From assembly GCA_037445025.1 (NCBI GenBank), contig JBBILI010000018.1, positions 4,705 through 68,704 on the forward strand: DNA of 64,000 nucleotides, given 5' to 3'. The stretch comes from Rhodospirillales bacterium (GTDB lineage Bacteria; Pseudomonadota; Alphaproteobacteria; Acetobacterales; Acetobacteraceae). Positions 51,817 to 61,288 of this stretch are shown piece after piece (the first letter of the stretch is position 1; each line of letters starts with the position of its first letter). Position numbers and translations under genes: made by a program. The notes under the pieces are model-generated. The model was given only the letters and a program-made list of their open reading frames with translations. It was not told the origin of the DNA and ran no database searches.

Positions 51817-51831
51817 GCTGGAGCCACTTCC

Positions 51832-51873
51832 AAAAAAAAGCGCTGCTGCCTTCGGGCAGCAGCGCTTTTTTTT
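51832..51873. terminator. Bidirectional Rho-independent terminator (A8, 12-bp GC stem, T8)
   Basis: AAAAAAAAGCGCTGCTGCC-ttcg-GGCAGCAGCGCTTTTTTTT, 16 nt after the atpF stop. It is symmetric, so it could also serve the convergent Tim44-like gene. Confidence 0.9.
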
Positions 51874-51898
51874 CGAAATGGCCTCGGCTCAGGCGGAC

Positions 51899-51951
51899 GA
51901 AAGTTTCAACGAAAGAACTTCTTTTTTGAAAAAAAGAAGCAAAAAACTTTC
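51899..51951. repeat. Double-hairpin AT-rich element with the left hairpin deleted
   Basis: GAAAGTTTC-AAC-GAAAGAAC then CTTCTTTTT-TGAA-AAAAAGAAG + CAAAAAACTTTCA. Compared with 42793-42865 it lacks the left hairpin arm. Its tail supplies the TGA stop of the Tim44-like gene. Confidence 0.85.
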
Positions 51952-52846
51952 ATCGGACCTGCTGTATCGCCGAGAGCACCCACCGGCCACCGGGAGCACG
52001 CAGAAAGGTCCAGATCTCTGTCGCCATGATCCGTTCATTTGGGTGACCGTCCACAACCTGCCCCTGCGGCGTCACCGTCACATCCACCGCGGAGAAACGC
52101 ATCGCCACAGTGGCATATTCTCGGCCCTGCTCAGCCCACGCCTCCGACAGATCACCCTGCTCAAGCTTCACATCCCGCACCAGATTGCGCACGTTGCGAC
52201 TGGTCTGCTCGGCCATCTGCTCACCGAAGTAGCTCACCATCTCCGGGGTCACGATCATGCGCAGCGTCGTCAGGTCATGCTGCGACCAGGCCGCCTGAAC
52301 CCCCTGCAGCAGCTGTTCGAACGCCTGGAAATCCGCCGGCCCGATCTGAACAGCCGACCCCGCCGGTCGCCCGACGCCCGGCATGCCAGACCCTGTGAAC
52401 ATCGCAGGCCCCTCGGCCATGACCAGGGCCCGGCCCATGAACCGGCTCAGCACCCAGCGGCCGACATAGAACAGAATCGCCAGCTGGATCAGCAGACCAA
52501 ACATGCTGCCAAACCCGCTGATACCGTGAAACAGCCCGCCACCGAACAGCATCCCCAGCAGCCCCGCGCCGATGAACCCACCGACCAGCCCGCCCATGAA
52601 CGAGGGCCGCGGCTGATATCCCGGCGCATAGCCGGGCGCCGGCGCCTGCGGGCTCGGCTGGGTCAGGCTCCGCTGCATGGGAGCGGCCGTGCCGGGCGCG
52701 GTCCTCGTGGGCGGCGGCGCGGAATAGGTGCGCGTGCCACGACTGCCAGACGACGTGCCCCCGCCCGCAAGGGCGAAGGCCGATGTCGGCGCAAGCGCAA
52801 GTCCAAGCACAAAAAACGCAGCAAACAGAGCGGCAGGGCGGCGCAT
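51950..52846 (-). CDS. Tim44-like domain protein
   Basis: Signal peptide, Pro-rich linker, Gly-rich TM segment, and a C-terminal 'FEQLLQGVQAAWSQHDLTTLRMIVTPEM...WTFLR...GRWVLSAIQQ' Tim44-like fold. Confidence 0.8.
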   Translation of the reverse strand: MRRPAALFAAFFVLGLALAPTSAFALAGGGTSSGSRGTRTYSAPPPTRTAPGTAAPMQRSLTQPSPQAPAPGYAPGYQPRPSFMGGLVGGFIGAGLLGMLFGGGLFHGISGFGSMFGLLIQLAILFYVGRWVLSRFMGRALVMAEGPAMFTGSGMPGVGRPAGSAVQIGPADFQAFEQLLQGVQAAWSQHDLTTLRMIVTPEMVSYFGEQMAEQTSRNVRNLVRDVKLEQGDLSEAWAEQGREYATVAMRFSAVDVTVTPQGQVVDGHPNERIMATEIWTFLRAPGGRWVLSAIQQVR

Positions 52847-52908
52847 GACACGATCCAGAGGGTTGCAGCCCTCATATAGGAACGATCGAACGCAAAATGC
52901 AGGGGTAT

Positions 52909-54237
52909 CTACGCCCCCGCGATGGTCAACCCCTCAACGCGAATCGTCGGCGCATCCGTGCCGCGCCGGAACACCAGATCGTTGGCCGGCACCAGCGTCG
53001 CGAACATCTCAAGCCCGTTGCCCGCGATGGTGATCTCCGCCACCGGCTCGGCCAGCGCGCCGTTGCGGATCATGAACCCGGCTGCCCCGCGGCTGTAGTC
53101 GCCGGTGACGCTGTTCATACCGCCACCAAGCAGCTCGGTGACATAAAGCCCCTCCACGATATCCGCCATCAGCTCGGCCGGGGACAGCGCACCCGGCGCC
53201 ATGAACAGGTTGGTCCCCGAGGGCGAAGGCGGCCCGCTGGTGCCGCGGCTGGCATGGCCGGTGGAGGCGAGGCCGAGCTGGCGGGCGGTGCGGCTGTCGA
53301 GCAGCCAGGTGGTCAGCATCCCGTCCTCGACCAGATTGCGCCGGCGCGTCGGCACGCCCTCGCCGTCGAACGCCTTGGAGCGCAGGCCGCGCACCCGGCG
53401 CGGATCGTCGGTGATGGTGATGCCGGGGGCGAACACACGCTGGCCCATGCGGTCCTTCAGCAGCGACGTGCCACGGGCCACGCTGGCACCGTTGATCATG
53501 CCGGTGAAAGCGGAGATGAGGCTGGAGGACACGCGCGGGTCGAACACCACCGGCCGCCGCCCCGTCGTCGGCCGCGTCGGGTTCAATCGGGCCAGGGCGC
53601 GCTGGGCTGCGGAGCGGCCGATCGCCTCGGCATCCTCCAGATCGGCCAGATGCACGGTGCTGGAATAGTCATAGTCCCGCTGCATGTCGGTGCCGCTGCC
53701 GGCCAGGGCGACCGCCGAGATCGAGTGGCTGCTGCGCAGGGTGCGCCCGGCAAATCCGGCCGAGGTCACCAGAATGATCTCGGTGCGGGAGAACCCGGCC
53801 TCGCCGCCCTCGGTGTTGGTGATCCCTTCTGTTCCACGTGCAACACTTTCCGCGATTTCGGCGCGTTCGATCAGCGCTTCGGCACTGGGCTCCTGGCCAT
53901 CATCCAGTTCGAGGTCGATATCCTCCGGCGGGGCCATCAGCTCGGCGAGGCCGAGGAACCGGTCCTCCGGCACCACCCGCGCCATCGCCACCGCCCGTTC
54001 GGCCAGCTGCTGGAACCCCGCGGGATCGACGCTGGTGGCCGAGACGATGGCGGATTGCTGGCCCACGAACACCCGCAGGCCGAGATCCTGGCCTTCCGCG
54101 CGTTCCAGCTGCTCGGTCTGCCCACCACGCCGCGCGACGGAAAGGGAGGTGCCGGCCACCAGCACGGCATCGGCAGCATCGGCACCGGCGGCCTTGGCGC
54201 GGGCGATCAGGTCGGCCAGGAGGGAAAGATTGTCCAT
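52909..54237 (-). CDS. pmbA: TldD/PmbA-family metalloprotease (PmbA/TldE)
   Basis: 442 aa. '...GLRVFVGQQSAIVSAT...GTNLFMAPG...ELLGGGMNSVTGDYSRGAAGFMIRNG'. Confidence 0.88.
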   Translation of the reverse strand: MDNLSLLADLIARAKAAGADAADAVLVAGTSLSVARRGGQTEQLERAEGQDLGLRVFVGQQSAIVSATSVDPAGFQQLAERAVAMARVVPEDRFLGLAELMAPPEDIDLELDDGQEPSAEALIERAEIAESVARGTEGITNTEGGEAGFSRTEIILVTSAGFAGRTLRSSHSISAVALAGSGTDMQRDYDYSSTVHLADLEDAEAIGRSAAQRALARLNPTRPTTGRRPVVFDPRVSSSLISAFTGMINGASVARGTSLLKDRMGQRVFAPGITITDDPRRVRGLRSKAFDGEGVPTRRRNLVEDGMLTTWLLDSRTARQLGLASTGHASRGTSGPPSPSGTNLFMAPGALSPAELMADIVEGLYVTELLGGGMNSVTGDYSRGAAGFMIRNGALAEPVAEITIAGNGLEMFATLVPANDLVFRRGTDAPTIRVEGLTIAGA

Positions 54238-54240
54238 CGC

Positions 54241-55506
54241 TCAGGCCGCCAGAAGCTGGGTGATGGCGGACAGGCCGGGCACCAGATCGGCCGGGCCCAT
54301 GGCGGCGAGGGTGGGTTTGGCGCGGAAGATCTGCTGGGCGGCGCGCTCCACGTCCTGCACGGTCACGGCCTCGATGCGGGCGACGGTCTCGGCGGTGGGG
54401 ATGACGCGACCAAACACCTGGATGTGCCGGGCCAGCTGCTCGCAGCGGCTGCCGGTGCTCTCCAGCGACATCAGCAGACCCGCCTTCACCTGAGCGCGGG
54501 CGCGGGACAGCTCCACCTGGGTGACCTCGCGCTGCACCTTGTGCAGCTCGTCCAGCGTCACCGGGATCAGCTCCGCCGCCTCGCTTTCGCCGGTGCCGGC
54601 ATAGATGCCGAACATGCCGCTGTCCATGTAAGGCGAGGCAAAGGCGTAGATGGAATAGACCAGCCCGCGCTTCTCGCGCACCTCCTGGAACAGCCGCGAG
54701 GACATGCCCCCGCCCAGCAGGGTGGCGAGCAGCATGGTGGGATAATACTCCGGCGTGCCGTAGCCGACGGCGGGGAAGCCCAGCACCACATGCACCTGAT
54801 CGAGATCACGGTTCTCGCGGAACTCGCCGCCGCCGTAGAGCCCGGGCAGCGTGGCGGGGGCCGGGGTGGTCGGCAGATCGGCGAAATGCCGCTGCACCAG
54901 ATCGAGGACATGGTCGTGATCGAGGTTGCCGGCGGCGGCGACGACGGTGTTCGCGGCGGTGTACTGCCGCTTCATGTAGCCGGTCAGCGTATCGCGCCGC
55001 ATGGCGCGGATGAGGGTCTCGGTGCCCAGCACCGGCCGGCCCATCGGCTGGGACGGGTAGGCCGCCTCCTGGAAATGATCGAAAATGATGTCATCCGGCG
55101 TGTCGTTGGCCTGGCCGATCTCCTGCAGGATCACCCCGCGCTCGCGCTCGATCTCCGCCGTGTCGAACACCGAGTGCGTCAGGATGTCGCCGATGATGTC
55201 GGCCCCCAGCGCCGTGTCCTCCTTCAGCAGCTTGACGTAGTATGCGGTCTGCTCACGGGCGGTGTAGGCGTTGATATGCCCGCCGACGGCCTCGATCTCC
55301 TCGGCGATGCCGACGGCGGAGCGGCGCTCGGTGCCCTTGAAGGCCATGTGTTCGAGGAAATGCGACACGCCATTCTCCTCGGCCGTTTCATGGCGGGTGC
55401 CGGAGGCGACATAGGCGCCGAAGGAGACGGTCTCCACCCGGTCCATCCGCTCGCTGACCACGGTGAGGCCGGAGGGAAGCTTGGTCACGCGGATGGCGTC
55501 GGTCAT
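54241..55506 (-). CDS. M16-family zinc peptidase (MPP/pitrilysin-like)
   Basis: 'NGVSHFLEHMAFKGT' HxxEH inverted zinc motif; about 420 aa. Confidence 0.9.
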   Translation of the reverse strand: MTDAIRVTKLPSGLTVVSERMDRVETVSFGAYVASGTRHETAEENGVSHFLEHMAFKGTERRSAVGIAEEIEAVGGHINAYTAREQTAYYVKLLKEDTALGADIIGDILTHSVFDTAEIERERGVILQEIGQANDTPDDIIFDHFQEAAYPSQPMGRPVLGTETLIRAMRRDTLTGYMKRQYTAANTVVAAAGNLDHDHVLDLVQRHFADLPTTPAPATLPGLYGGGEFRENRDLDQVHVVLGFPAVGYGTPEYYPTMLLATLLGGGMSSRLFQEVREKRGLVYSIYAFASPYMDSGMFGIYAGTGESEAAELIPVTLDELHKVQREVTQVELSRARAQVKAGLLMSLESTGSRCEQLARHIQVFGRVIPTAETVARIEAVTVQDVERAAQQIFRAKPTLAAMGPADLVPGLSAITQLLAA

Positions 55507-56903
55507 GCGGCATTCCTTGAAACGAGGGCACGCACCCGGGCCTCGATGGCGGCGAGGTCGGCGGGCACGCGGATAAATGTCTCTTCTCGTTCATATAGGT
55601 CGGCGAGGTGCGCGGGGAGAGGGGGTCTGCTGCCTGTCGCCTGCTCCATCGCATCGGGAAACTTCGCCGGATGGGCGGTGGCCATGGCGATGATGGGGGT
55701 GCCAGGCTGGTGGCAGGCCCGCGCAGCCTCGATGCCGATGATGGAATGCGGATCGGCGACGTAGCCGGTGGCGGCTTCGAGGGCGCGGATGGCATCGATG
55801 GTGCCGTCATCGCCCAGGCGCCAGCCGCGGAACAGGGCGGTGGCCCGGCGCCAGGCGGTGTCATCGACCGGCATGTGGCCGGTGGCGCGGAAGTCGGTCA
55901 TGGTCTTCGCCGTGGTCGCCCCGTCCCGGCCCTGCAGCTCGAACAGCAGACGTTCGAAGTTGGAGCTCACCTGGATGTCCATGCTCGGCGACAGGCTGGG
56001 CTCGACGGCGCGGACCGACATGTCGTTGGCATCGAGGAAGCGGGGCAGAATGTCGTTGCGGTTGCTGGCGACGACGAGCTGGCGAATCGGCAGGCCCATG
56101 CGTGAGGCCGCGTAGGCGGCGAGCACGTTGCCGAAATTGCCGGTGGGAACGGCGAACGACACCGCGCGGTCCGGCGCGCCCAGCGCCAGGGCGGCAGCGA
56201 CGTAATAGGGAATCTGGCCGAGAATGCGCGCCCAGTTGATGGAGTTGACGGCGGAGAGGTGCATCTCGGTGCGGAACGGCGTGTCGTTGAACATCGCCTT
56301 CACTAGGTCCTGACAGTCATCGAACGTGCCAGCGACGGCGAGGTTCTCGACATTGGCGGCGTGCACGGTGGTCATCTGCCGGCGCTGCACCTCGGAGGTG
56401 CGGCCGTCGGGGTGGAGAATGACGATATCGATCCGGTCACGTCCCGCGCAGGCCTCGATGGCGGCGGAACCGGTATCGCCGGAGGTGGCGCCGACGATGG
56501 TGACGCGCTGGTTGCGTTCCGTCAGCACATGGTCGAACAGCCGGCCGAGCAGCTGCATCGCCATGTCCTTGAAGGCCAAGGTCGGGCCGTGGAACAGCTC
56601 CATGGTCCACAGCTCGGGACCGAGCTGGACCATGGGCACGATGGCGGGGTGGGCGAAGCCTGCGTAGGACTCGGTGGTCAGCCGAAGCAGCGTGTCGTAG
56701 GCGATGCTCTCGGCCATGAACGGGTGGATGACGCGGGCGGCCAGCTCCGAATACGGCAGACCCCGCAGTGCGCGCCATTCCTCCGGGGTTCGTGTCGGCC
56801 ATGATTCCGGCACAAACAACCCGCCATCCTCGGCAAGTCCCGCGAGCAGGACGCCGGCGAAATGGCGCGGGGCGGCGGTGCCGCGTGTCGAGATGTAGCG
56901 CAT
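55503..56903 (-). CDS. thrC: Threonine synthase
   Basis: MRYISTRG...'GGLFVPE...HGPTLAFKDMAMQLLG' PLP-lysine motif. ATG 56903. The stop overlaps the M16 peptidase start (ATGA). Confidence 0.95.
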   Translation of the reverse strand: MRYISTRGTAAPRHFAGVLLAGLAEDGGLFVPESWPTRTPEEWRALRGLPYSELAARVIHPFMAESIAYDTLLRLTTESYAGFAHPAIVPMVQLGPELWTMELFHGPTLAFKDMAMQLLGRLFDHVLTERNQRVTIVGATSGDTGSAAIEACAGRDRIDIVILHPDGRTSEVQRRQMTTVHAANVENLAVAGTFDDCQDLVKAMFNDTPFRTEMHLSAVNSINWARILGQIPYYVAAALALGAPDRAVSFAVPTGNFGNVLAAYAASRMGLPIRQLVVASNRNDILPRFLDANDMSVRAVEPSLSPSMDIQVSSNFERLLFELQGRDGATTAKTMTDFRATGHMPVDDTAWRRATALFRGWRLGDDGTIDAIRALEAATGYVADPHSIIGIEAARACHQPGTPIIAMATAHPAKFPDAMEQATGSRPPLPAHLADLYEREETFIRVPADLAAIEARVRALVSRNAA

Positions 56904-56962
56904 CGGAAGGGCCTGTCTGCCGGGGAAACGGGCGCCAGTGATGAGCCAGGGACGGGTTTCAA

Positions 56963-57301
56963 TCAATGGGGCGGATCACGGAGCAGCACCTGTTCGCGCA
57001 GCCGCGTGTCGACATCCTGTCCGCCGTGAAAGATGCCGTGGATGACCACCCTCTCGTGCTCTGCTTCGATTGAATATGCCGTGATGACGCGGCGGGCGAA
57101 GGTATTGGTCCGGAGATTGGGCCGGATATCATCACGGCGCCTGCCGCGCTCCGGAAAGGTTGAAAGCGACCGACAGTCCGCCAGAAGAGATCCAACAAAA
57201 GCGTCTGCTTTCTCGGTTCCGGCATTTTCCTTGATGTAGTGGTAGAGAATGGCGACCTGGTTGAGCGCGGAAGGTGAAAACACCACCGCATAGCGTCTCA
57301 T
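56963..57301 (-). CDS. parE: ParE/RelE-family type II toxin
   Basis: 112 aa. 'YAVVFSPSALNQVAILYHYI...FPERGRRRDDIRPNLRT..F.RRVITAYSI...VVIHGIFHGGQD' ParE signature. Confidence 0.85.
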   Translation of the reverse strand: MRRYAVVFSPSALNQVAILYHYIKENAGTEKADAFVGSLLADCRSLSTFPERGRRRDDIRPNLRTNTFARRVITAYSIEAEHERVVIHGIFHGGQDVDTRLREQVLLRDPPH

Positions 57302-57585
57302 GGATGGGCGAGCCTCGGCTTCTGATCACCTGCCAGAACGCGTACGCGATCGAGGATTTCATCGACCGGTATGGCGTTGCCGGGGTCGGCCTGATACGCG
57401 TCATAGCTGGCGGTCACGGAGTCACGCAGCCAATGTTCCATGGCTCGATCACGCGCCAAAAGGGCCAGCAGGCCATCGTGGATCATGTCGCTCTCATTGT
57501 CGTATTCGCCGGACTGAACCTTGGCCACAACCAATGCGGCGAGTTCATCAGGCAGGGTGATGGTCAGCGAGCTTGTGTTGGTCAT
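57298..57585 (-). CDS. parD: ParD-family (RHH) antitoxin
   Basis: 'LTITLPDELAALVVAKVQSGEYDNESDMIHDGLLALLARD' ParD/COG3609 signature. ATGA overlap with parE. GGAGG RBS. Confidence 0.85.
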   Translation of the reverse strand: MTNTSSLTITLPDELAALVVAKVQSGEYDNESDMIHDGLLALLARDRAMEHWLRDSVTASYDAYQADPGNAIPVDEILDRVRVLAGDQKPRLAHP

Positions 57586-57604
57586 CGCGAGCCTCCTGTC
57601 ATCC

Positions 57605-57636
57605 GTTATCGTGGATAATGTCCGGCGATCGATAAC
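57605..57636. promoter_or_regulatory. Candidate ParD operator (inverted repeats) upstream of parDE
   Basis: GTTATCG-N18-CGATAAC with a nested TTATC-GTG-GATAA palindrome, 20-50 nt upstream of the parD start. Confidence 0.3.
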
Positions 57637-57821
57637 AGATCCAGGATCATCGACCGTCTCCAACGACCCAAGGATCTATTCGGCACATGTGCATCGCACC
57701 GACCATGTTGAAGGCACATAAAGCGAAATGACGTCCGTCGCACGGAACTTTTCAACAATCGCGTTGTCCGTCGCCGCCGTCGAGCCGATTCGTAGCCCGC
57801 ATCGCCCAAGCACGATGCGGG

Positions 57822-59309
57822 CTACGACAGATAGCGCTGTGCGAGATGCGCCTGGAAATCACGCGGGTCCAACGGCTTCCCCGTCGCCTGGCGCAGCAGC
57901 TCGTTGAACCCGTACAGGCTCCCCATGCCGTGCACCTTCGCCCGCAGCCAGCCGAGCAGCGGCGTGAGATCGCCCTGCCCCAGCGCCTCGTCCAGCCCCG
58001 TCACCTCCGCCCGCGCGGCCGCCATCAGCTGGGCCGCGGCCATGGCGCCAAGGGAATAACACGGGAAATAGCCGACCAGGCCGCAATACCAGTGAATGTC
58101 CTGCAGCACGCCCAGCGAGTCATCGGGCGGGGTGATGCCGAGCAGGTCCTGCAGGCCCTCGTTCCAGGCGCCGGGCAGGTCGGCGGCCAGAAGGTCGCCG
58201 GACAGCAGCGCCTGCTCCAGGCGGAAGCGGAGGATGACGTGGGCGGGATAGGTCATCTCATCCGCATCGACCCGGATGAACCCGCGTTCGACATGGCGCA
58301 TGACGCGGCCGAGGTTTTCCGGGGCATAGGGGGCTGCGTCACCCCCGAAGGTCGCGTGCAGCTGCGGGCCGAGCCAGGACAGGTAGGCGTCGGAACGGCA
58401 GGCCTGCATCTCCACGATCAGCGACTGGCTTTCGTGCGCCGCCATCCCGGCCGCCTCGCCCACGGGCTGGCGGGCATAGGCGGCAGGCAGGCCGCGTTCA
58501 TACAAGGCATGACCGGTCTCGTGCATCACGCCCATCAGGGATTGCGCGAAGCTGTCGGTGCGGTAGCGGGTGGTGATGCGCACATCGGTGGGCGTGCCGC
58601 CGCAGAACGGGTGGGTGGAACGGTCGAGCCGGGAGTGTTCCGCTTCCAGGCCAGCATTGTGGGAGAGCCTGCAGCACAGCGCCTCCTGCACCGCCTCAGC
58701 GAAGGGGCCCTGCGGCTGCAGGGCGGGGCCGCGTGCGGCCTGGATCGCCTCAGCCCGCGGCAGCGCGTCGGACAGGAACGACGCGTAGTCGGCGAACACC
58801 GGCTCCACGTCGGCGGCGGTGATGCCGCGCTGATAGCCGTCCATCAGCGCATCGTAGGGTCGCAAGTTCAGCGCCGGCGCCAGGGCGTACGCCTGTTCAC
58901 GGACGAGGCCCAGCAGTTCGGTGAGGGCGGGCTGCACGGCGGGGAAATCCCTGGCGGCGCGGGCCTCGCGCCAGATCATCTCGCAGCTGGAGCTGGCGCG
59001 GGTGAGGGCTTCCACGAGATCGCCCGGCACGGCGGTGGCGCGGGTGTAGCCGTGGCGCAGCAGGCGGAGATTGGCGCGCTCCCATTCGCCCTCGGGCGGG
59101 GCGGCTTCGGCTGCGGCGAGATCGTCGGCCACCTCAGGGGCGGTCGCGAGGCCGTGGGCGAGGCCGGCGAGCACGGCGAGCTGGTCGCCGCGCGCCGCAG
59201 CACCGCCGGTGGGCATCATCGCACTCGCATCCCAGTTCAGCACCGCGGCGGCCTCGTTGATCGTGGCGATGCGGGCGGCGCGCGCGGTCAGGCGATCATA
59301 GGCGGTCAT
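57822..59309 (-). CDS. Carboxypeptidase M32 (Taq-type)
   Basis: 'MHETGHALYE' HExxH, 'HESQS', 'DIHWYCGLVGYFPCYSLG'. ATG 59309 overlaps the surf1 stop (ATGA). The track ORF over-extends to 59900. Confidence 0.9.
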   Translation of the reverse strand: MTAYDRLTARAARIATINEAAAVLNWDASAMMPTGGAAARGDQLAVLAGLAHGLATAPEVADDLAAAEAAPPEGEWERANLRLLRHGYTRATAVPGDLVEALTRASSSCEMIWREARAARDFPAVQPALTELLGLVREQAYALAPALNLRPYDALMDGYQRGITAADVEPVFADYASFLSDALPRAEAIQAARGPALQPQGPFAEAVQEALCCRLSHNAGLEAEHSRLDRSTHPFCGGTPTDVRITTRYRTDSFAQSLMGVMHETGHALYERGLPAAYARQPVGEAAGMAAHESQSLIVEMQACRSDAYLSWLGPQLHATFGGDAAPYAPENLGRVMRHVERGFIRVDADEMTYPAHVILRFRLEQALLSGDLLAADLPGAWNEGLQDLLGITPPDDSLGVLQDIHWYCGLVGYFPCYSLGAMAAAQLMAAARAEVTGLDEALGQGDLTPLLGWLRAKVHGMGSLYGFNELLRQATGKPLDPRDFQAHLAQRYLS

Positions 59310-59968
59310 GTCCGGAGGGTCTTTCTCGCATAGAGCACGAAGATGATCAGCAGGGTGACGGCAAAGCCGAACCAGGTGAAGGCGTATTGCAGATGGTTGT
59401 CCGGCGGCCGCGGCAAAGTCTGCACCGGGTCGGGGAAGCGGCCGAGCACGCTGGGGCCCATCGCCACCAGGGTGACCGGCGCCACCTTGGGCAGGCCGAG
59501 GGCGGCGCCGATCGGGGCGGGGTCGAGCGTGTAGAACAGGCGTTTGGCCGGGTCGTCCTTGGCCGAGAAGGTGCCGGCGTGTTCGGCCGGGCGCAGATAG
59601 CCCTCGACCGCGCCCTGCGGAAACACCATGGGGTCGCGCGGCTGGTCCGGCGCCCAGCCGAGATCGACCAGAATCGGTGCGGCGCCGTCGCGCAGCAGCG
59701 GCACCACCACATGGCTGCCCAGCGTGTCGGCGCGGACCTCGGTGCCATAGCGCACGAGAAGGTCGGTGCGCAGCATGCCGGCCACCCGCACCTTGGCGAA
59801 CGGCGGCAGATCGTTGGTGAAGGCAATGGCGGGGTTGCGCTCGGCGGCTGCGATCTGCTCCAGCAGGCCGTGCTTCCAGTCCCGCCGCTGCAGCTGCCAC
59901 ACGCCCAGGCCGATCAGTAGGGCCAGCATGACCACCGTGCTGACCGCCGGCACCAGAAGCTTCTTCAA
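59306..59968 (-). CDS. SURF1-family cytochrome oxidase assembly protein
   Basis: 'LLIGLGVWQLQRRDWKHGLL...PDNHLQYAFTWFGFAVTLLI'. TTG 59968 overlaps the DUF983 stop (TTGA). Confidence 0.88.
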   Translation of the reverse strand: MKKLLVPAVSTVVMLALLIGLGVWQLQRRDWKHGLLEQIAAAERNPAIAFTNDLPPFAKVRVAGMLRTDLLVRYGTEVRADTLGSHVVVPLLRDGAAPILVDLGWAPDQPRDPMVFPQGAVEGYLRPAEHAGTFSAKDDPAKRLFYTLDPAPIGAALGLPKVAPVTLVAMGPSVLGRFPDPVQTLPRPPDNHLQYAFTWFGFAVTLLIIFVLYARKTLRT

Positions 59969-60330
59969 AGTCCCATCTCGCTCCGACGATGCCGATACTG
60001 CAGCGCGATCAGCGCCGCCTTCAGCGGCCGCATCATGACCACCGCCAGCACCACGCCGACGACCGGCCATAGCACCACATGCACCCAGATCGGCGGGTTG
60101 AAGCGAAACTCAACCCATAGCGCGCCCACCACCAGGATGGCGCCGAGCGGGAAGATGACCAGCGAGGCCGGGCCGTCACCGCTGTCATGCGCGCGCAGAT
60201 CGAGGCCGCAGACATCGCAGCGGTCGCGGACGGAAAGGGCGCCGCCCGGGGTCCACCCCCGGAACAGCGCCCCTTTGCCGCATTCCGGGCAGCAGCAGCG
60301 CAGGGCCGCCGTGCCGATCGGAACGGTCAA
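59965..60330 (-). CDS. DUF983 zinc-ribbon membrane protein
   Basis: 'CPECGKGALFRGW...CDVCGLDL' plus two TM segments. This is the canonical position between ctaE and surf1. TTG 60330 overlaps the ctaE stop (TTGA). Confidence 0.8.
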   Translation of the reverse strand: MTVPIGTAALRCCCPECGKGALFRGWTPGGALSVRDRCDVCGLDLRAHDSGDGPASLVIFPLGAILVVGALWVEFRFNPPIWVHVVLWPVVGVVLAVVMMRPLKAALIALQYRHRRSEMGL

Positions 60331-61181
60331 TTGGCCAGCACCGGCCCGGCGCCCCAGAGATACACGGCCACGAACAGGAACAGCCACACCACGTCGACGA
60401 AATGCCAGTACCAGGCCGCCGCCTCGAAGCCGAAATGCTTCTCCGGCGTGAACTGGCCGGCATTGGCGCGCATCAGGCAGACGAACAGGAAGATGGTGCC
60501 GACGATGACGTGAAAGCCGTGAAAGCCGGTGGCGAGAAAGAAGATGGCGGGGTAGATGCCGCCGCCGTCGAACTTGAACGGCGCGTCGGAGTATTCGATG
60601 CCCTGGCACAGCGTGAAGGTCAGGCCCAGCAGCACCGTGCAGGCCAGACCGCGGATCAGGCCCTTGCGGTCACCCTCGATGAGGCTGTGATGCGCCCAGG
60701 TGACGGTGGTGCCGGACAGCAGCAGGATCATCGTGTTGAGGAACGGCAGGCTGAACGGGTTGAAGGTCTTGATGCCGGCCGGCGGCCAGGTCGGGTGGGC
60801 GGTGCCCAGCACGTGCTCAGGGTAGAGCGCGAAGTGGAAATAGGCCCAGAAGAAGCCCACGAAGAACATCACCTCCGAGGCGATGAACAGCGTCATGCCG
60901 TAGCGCAGGCCGAGGCGGACGATGGCGCTGTGCAGCCCGGGAGTGCGGCTTTCCATCAGCACGTCCTTCCACCACAAGAACATGGTGGCGAGCACGCAGA
61001 GCAGGCCAAGGACCAGGAAGGTGTAGCTGCCGAAATGCGCGGCCTGGATGATGCCGTAAACCGTGAGACCGGCGCCGAGCGAGCCGACCAGCGGCCAGGC
61101 CGACGGATCGACCAGGTGATAGGGCTGCTTCAGCCCGGAACTGGTCAAGGCCGCATCAGCGGCGTGGGTGTCGTTGCTCAT
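60327..61181 (-). CDS. ctaE: Cytochrome c oxidase subunit III
   Basis: 'PYHLVDPSAWPLVGS...GFHGFHVIVGTIFL...WYWHFVDVVWLFLF'. Confidence 0.96.
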   Translation of the reverse strand: MSNDTHAADAALTSSGLKQPYHLVDPSAWPLVGSLGAGLTVYGIIQAAHFGSYTFLVLGLLCVLATMFLWWKDVLMESRTPGLHSAIVRLGLRYGMTLFIASEVMFFVGFFWAYFHFALYPEHVLGTAHPTWPPAGIKTFNPFSLPFLNTMILLLSGTTVTWAHHSLIEGDRKGLIRGLACTVLLGLTFTLCQGIEYSDAPFKFDGGGIYPAIFFLATGFHGFHVIVGTIFLFVCLMRANAGQFTPEKHFGFEAAAWYWHFVDVVWLFLFVAVYLWGAGPVLAN

Positions 61182-61288
61182 CGGTCCCTCATGTATGCGA
61201 TGGGAATTTCATTCCCGTCGTGGTCAGGCTGGCCGCATCATGGTCAAAACGCCCTGCGGTTCAAGCGCGTTTGCCGTGCTGCACCAAA

